From NCBI RefSeq assembly GCF_001194135.2, contig NC_069008.1, positions 8,867,163-8,931,162 on the forward strand: DNA of 64,000 nt, given 5' to 3'. Origin of the DNA: Octopus bimaculoides (lineage: Eukaryota). The translations under genes and the position numbers were made by a program. The notes beneath the pieces are model-generated. The model had not been told where the DNA came from. It did not search any database and saw nothing but the letters and a program-made list of their open reading frames with translations. Shown here piece by piece: positions 63,033 through 64,000 of this stretch (position 1 is the first letter of the stretch; every line of letters starts with the position of its first letter).

Positions 63033-63182
63033 ATTCTCAAACGCAGGATAATGCTAATAATATAGCCTGAACAGGATAAACTACCCCCATTTTGCAGAAA
63101 AAAGTGTTGGCGGCTGGCTGCAAAATAGGGGTACCTTATCCTGTTCAGGCTATATTATTAGCATTATCCTGCGTTTGAGAAT
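63033..63182. repeat. Inverted repeat with perfect 47-bp arms and an imperfect inner stem
   Basis: 63033-63079 pairs with 63136-63182; inner ACCCCCATTTTGCAG / CTGCAAAATAGGGGT. Confidence 0.9.
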
Positions 63183-63212
63183 GTATATATATACTTATGT
63201 ATATATAGATTT

Positions 63213-63572
63213 ATATAAATTAGTGTATGTTTTTATACACAAAAAAGGTGACCTTTCACAGGACACCTTACATGCTGGAAAGGGCAACACTGAAGATACA
63301 TGTGTTCCAACTGTATACATTAGAATTTTTCAAATCCACTGTGCAAGCACAGCTACAATCGGCATCAAATAATAAGAAGAATTAAAACTGCATACCAAAG
63401 GTCTTCAAAATTATGAAAATAATAAGGGTTGAAAATTTAGAGAAATATTCTATCAGTGGCCAGCATGCATAATAAAGTCAATAGAAACATATTTTTCATA
63501 TAAATTAGTGTTTGTTTTTATACACAAAAGTGGTGACCTTTAACAGCATACCTTACATGCTGGAAAGGGCAA
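63213..63572 (+). repeat. Imperfect ~75-bp direct duplication (63213-63287 and 63498-63572)
   Basis: ATATAAATTAGTG..GGTGACCTTT..CCTTACATGCTGGAAAGGGCAA occurs twice. Confidence 0.75.
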
Positions 63573-64000
63573 TTAAGCCCAAACCACAAATAAGAATAAT
63601 TTGAAAGGGAATGAAAAATAAAAACATTTCAATAGTTACCTTCATACTCAAGTTTCTGTATCAATGTGCAAATAAAATAATTTGCTATCCGTGCTTCTTC
63701 AGTAAGGGCACTAAAATTAATATATATATAGAAATATATATACATATNNNNNNNNNNAGATTGAGATGAATTAGGTACTTGAGGCACCAGAATTTAGTAT
63801 GGTATTATTCATACAATTTCAAAATAAGGTGATTAAAATCAAAATAAGCAACAAGGATATCCAGAGGTAATGCAGTACGATCGTTTCAACGATGGCAAAA
63901 ATTTTAATATTATTCTCATTTCCTCTGCCAAATTGGACAAAAAGGTTTTCATGAAATATTATATGATACTTATAATGCATAAGTAGTGTCGATATTTTAT

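Larger units (their letters stand above)
1..64000. repeat. Very dense (TA)n, (CA)n, (GA)n, (TATG)n and (CAT)n microsatellites throughout, many adjacent to N gaps
   Basis: Read directly, e.g. 11130-11170, 16540-16810, 28780-29020, 30250-30385 and 62030-62280. Confidence 0.95.

Noticed and set aside
61134-64000. Final ANAPC7 exon
   Set aside because: No phase-2 exon resembling the expected LDP...acidic C-terminus was found. It may be beyond the window or inside the gap at 62624-62925.

Overview
Eukaryotic, AT-rich, microsatellite-dense scaffold with many N gaps. The repeat families resemble those of Octopus (coleoid cephalopod); this is inferred from memory, not from a search. One host gene is clear: ANAPC7 (APC/C subunit 7, TPR protein) on the + strand. 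I traced 15 GT-AG coding exons from ATG 20938 to 61133; they join in frame to 497 codons + 2 nt, and the final exon(s) were not found in the window. The rest is transposon-derived: a decayed mariner with both TIRs, two tail-to-tail LTRs, a Gypsy gag-protease remnant, three Helitron pieces, CR1- and RTE-clade LINE fragments, several Penelope-like element (PLE) remnants and many SINE copies. The most unusual structure is a ~2.3 kb palindromic PLE insertion with a 13-bp target-site duplication in an ANAPC7 intron. Each arm carries a tRNA-like Pol III head upstream of a minimal hammerhead ribozyme. A second PLE-like repeat carries a hammerhead fold with a non-canonical CCGAUGA core. No prokaryotic features or CRISPR arrays were seen. 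Exon numbers count coding exons only.
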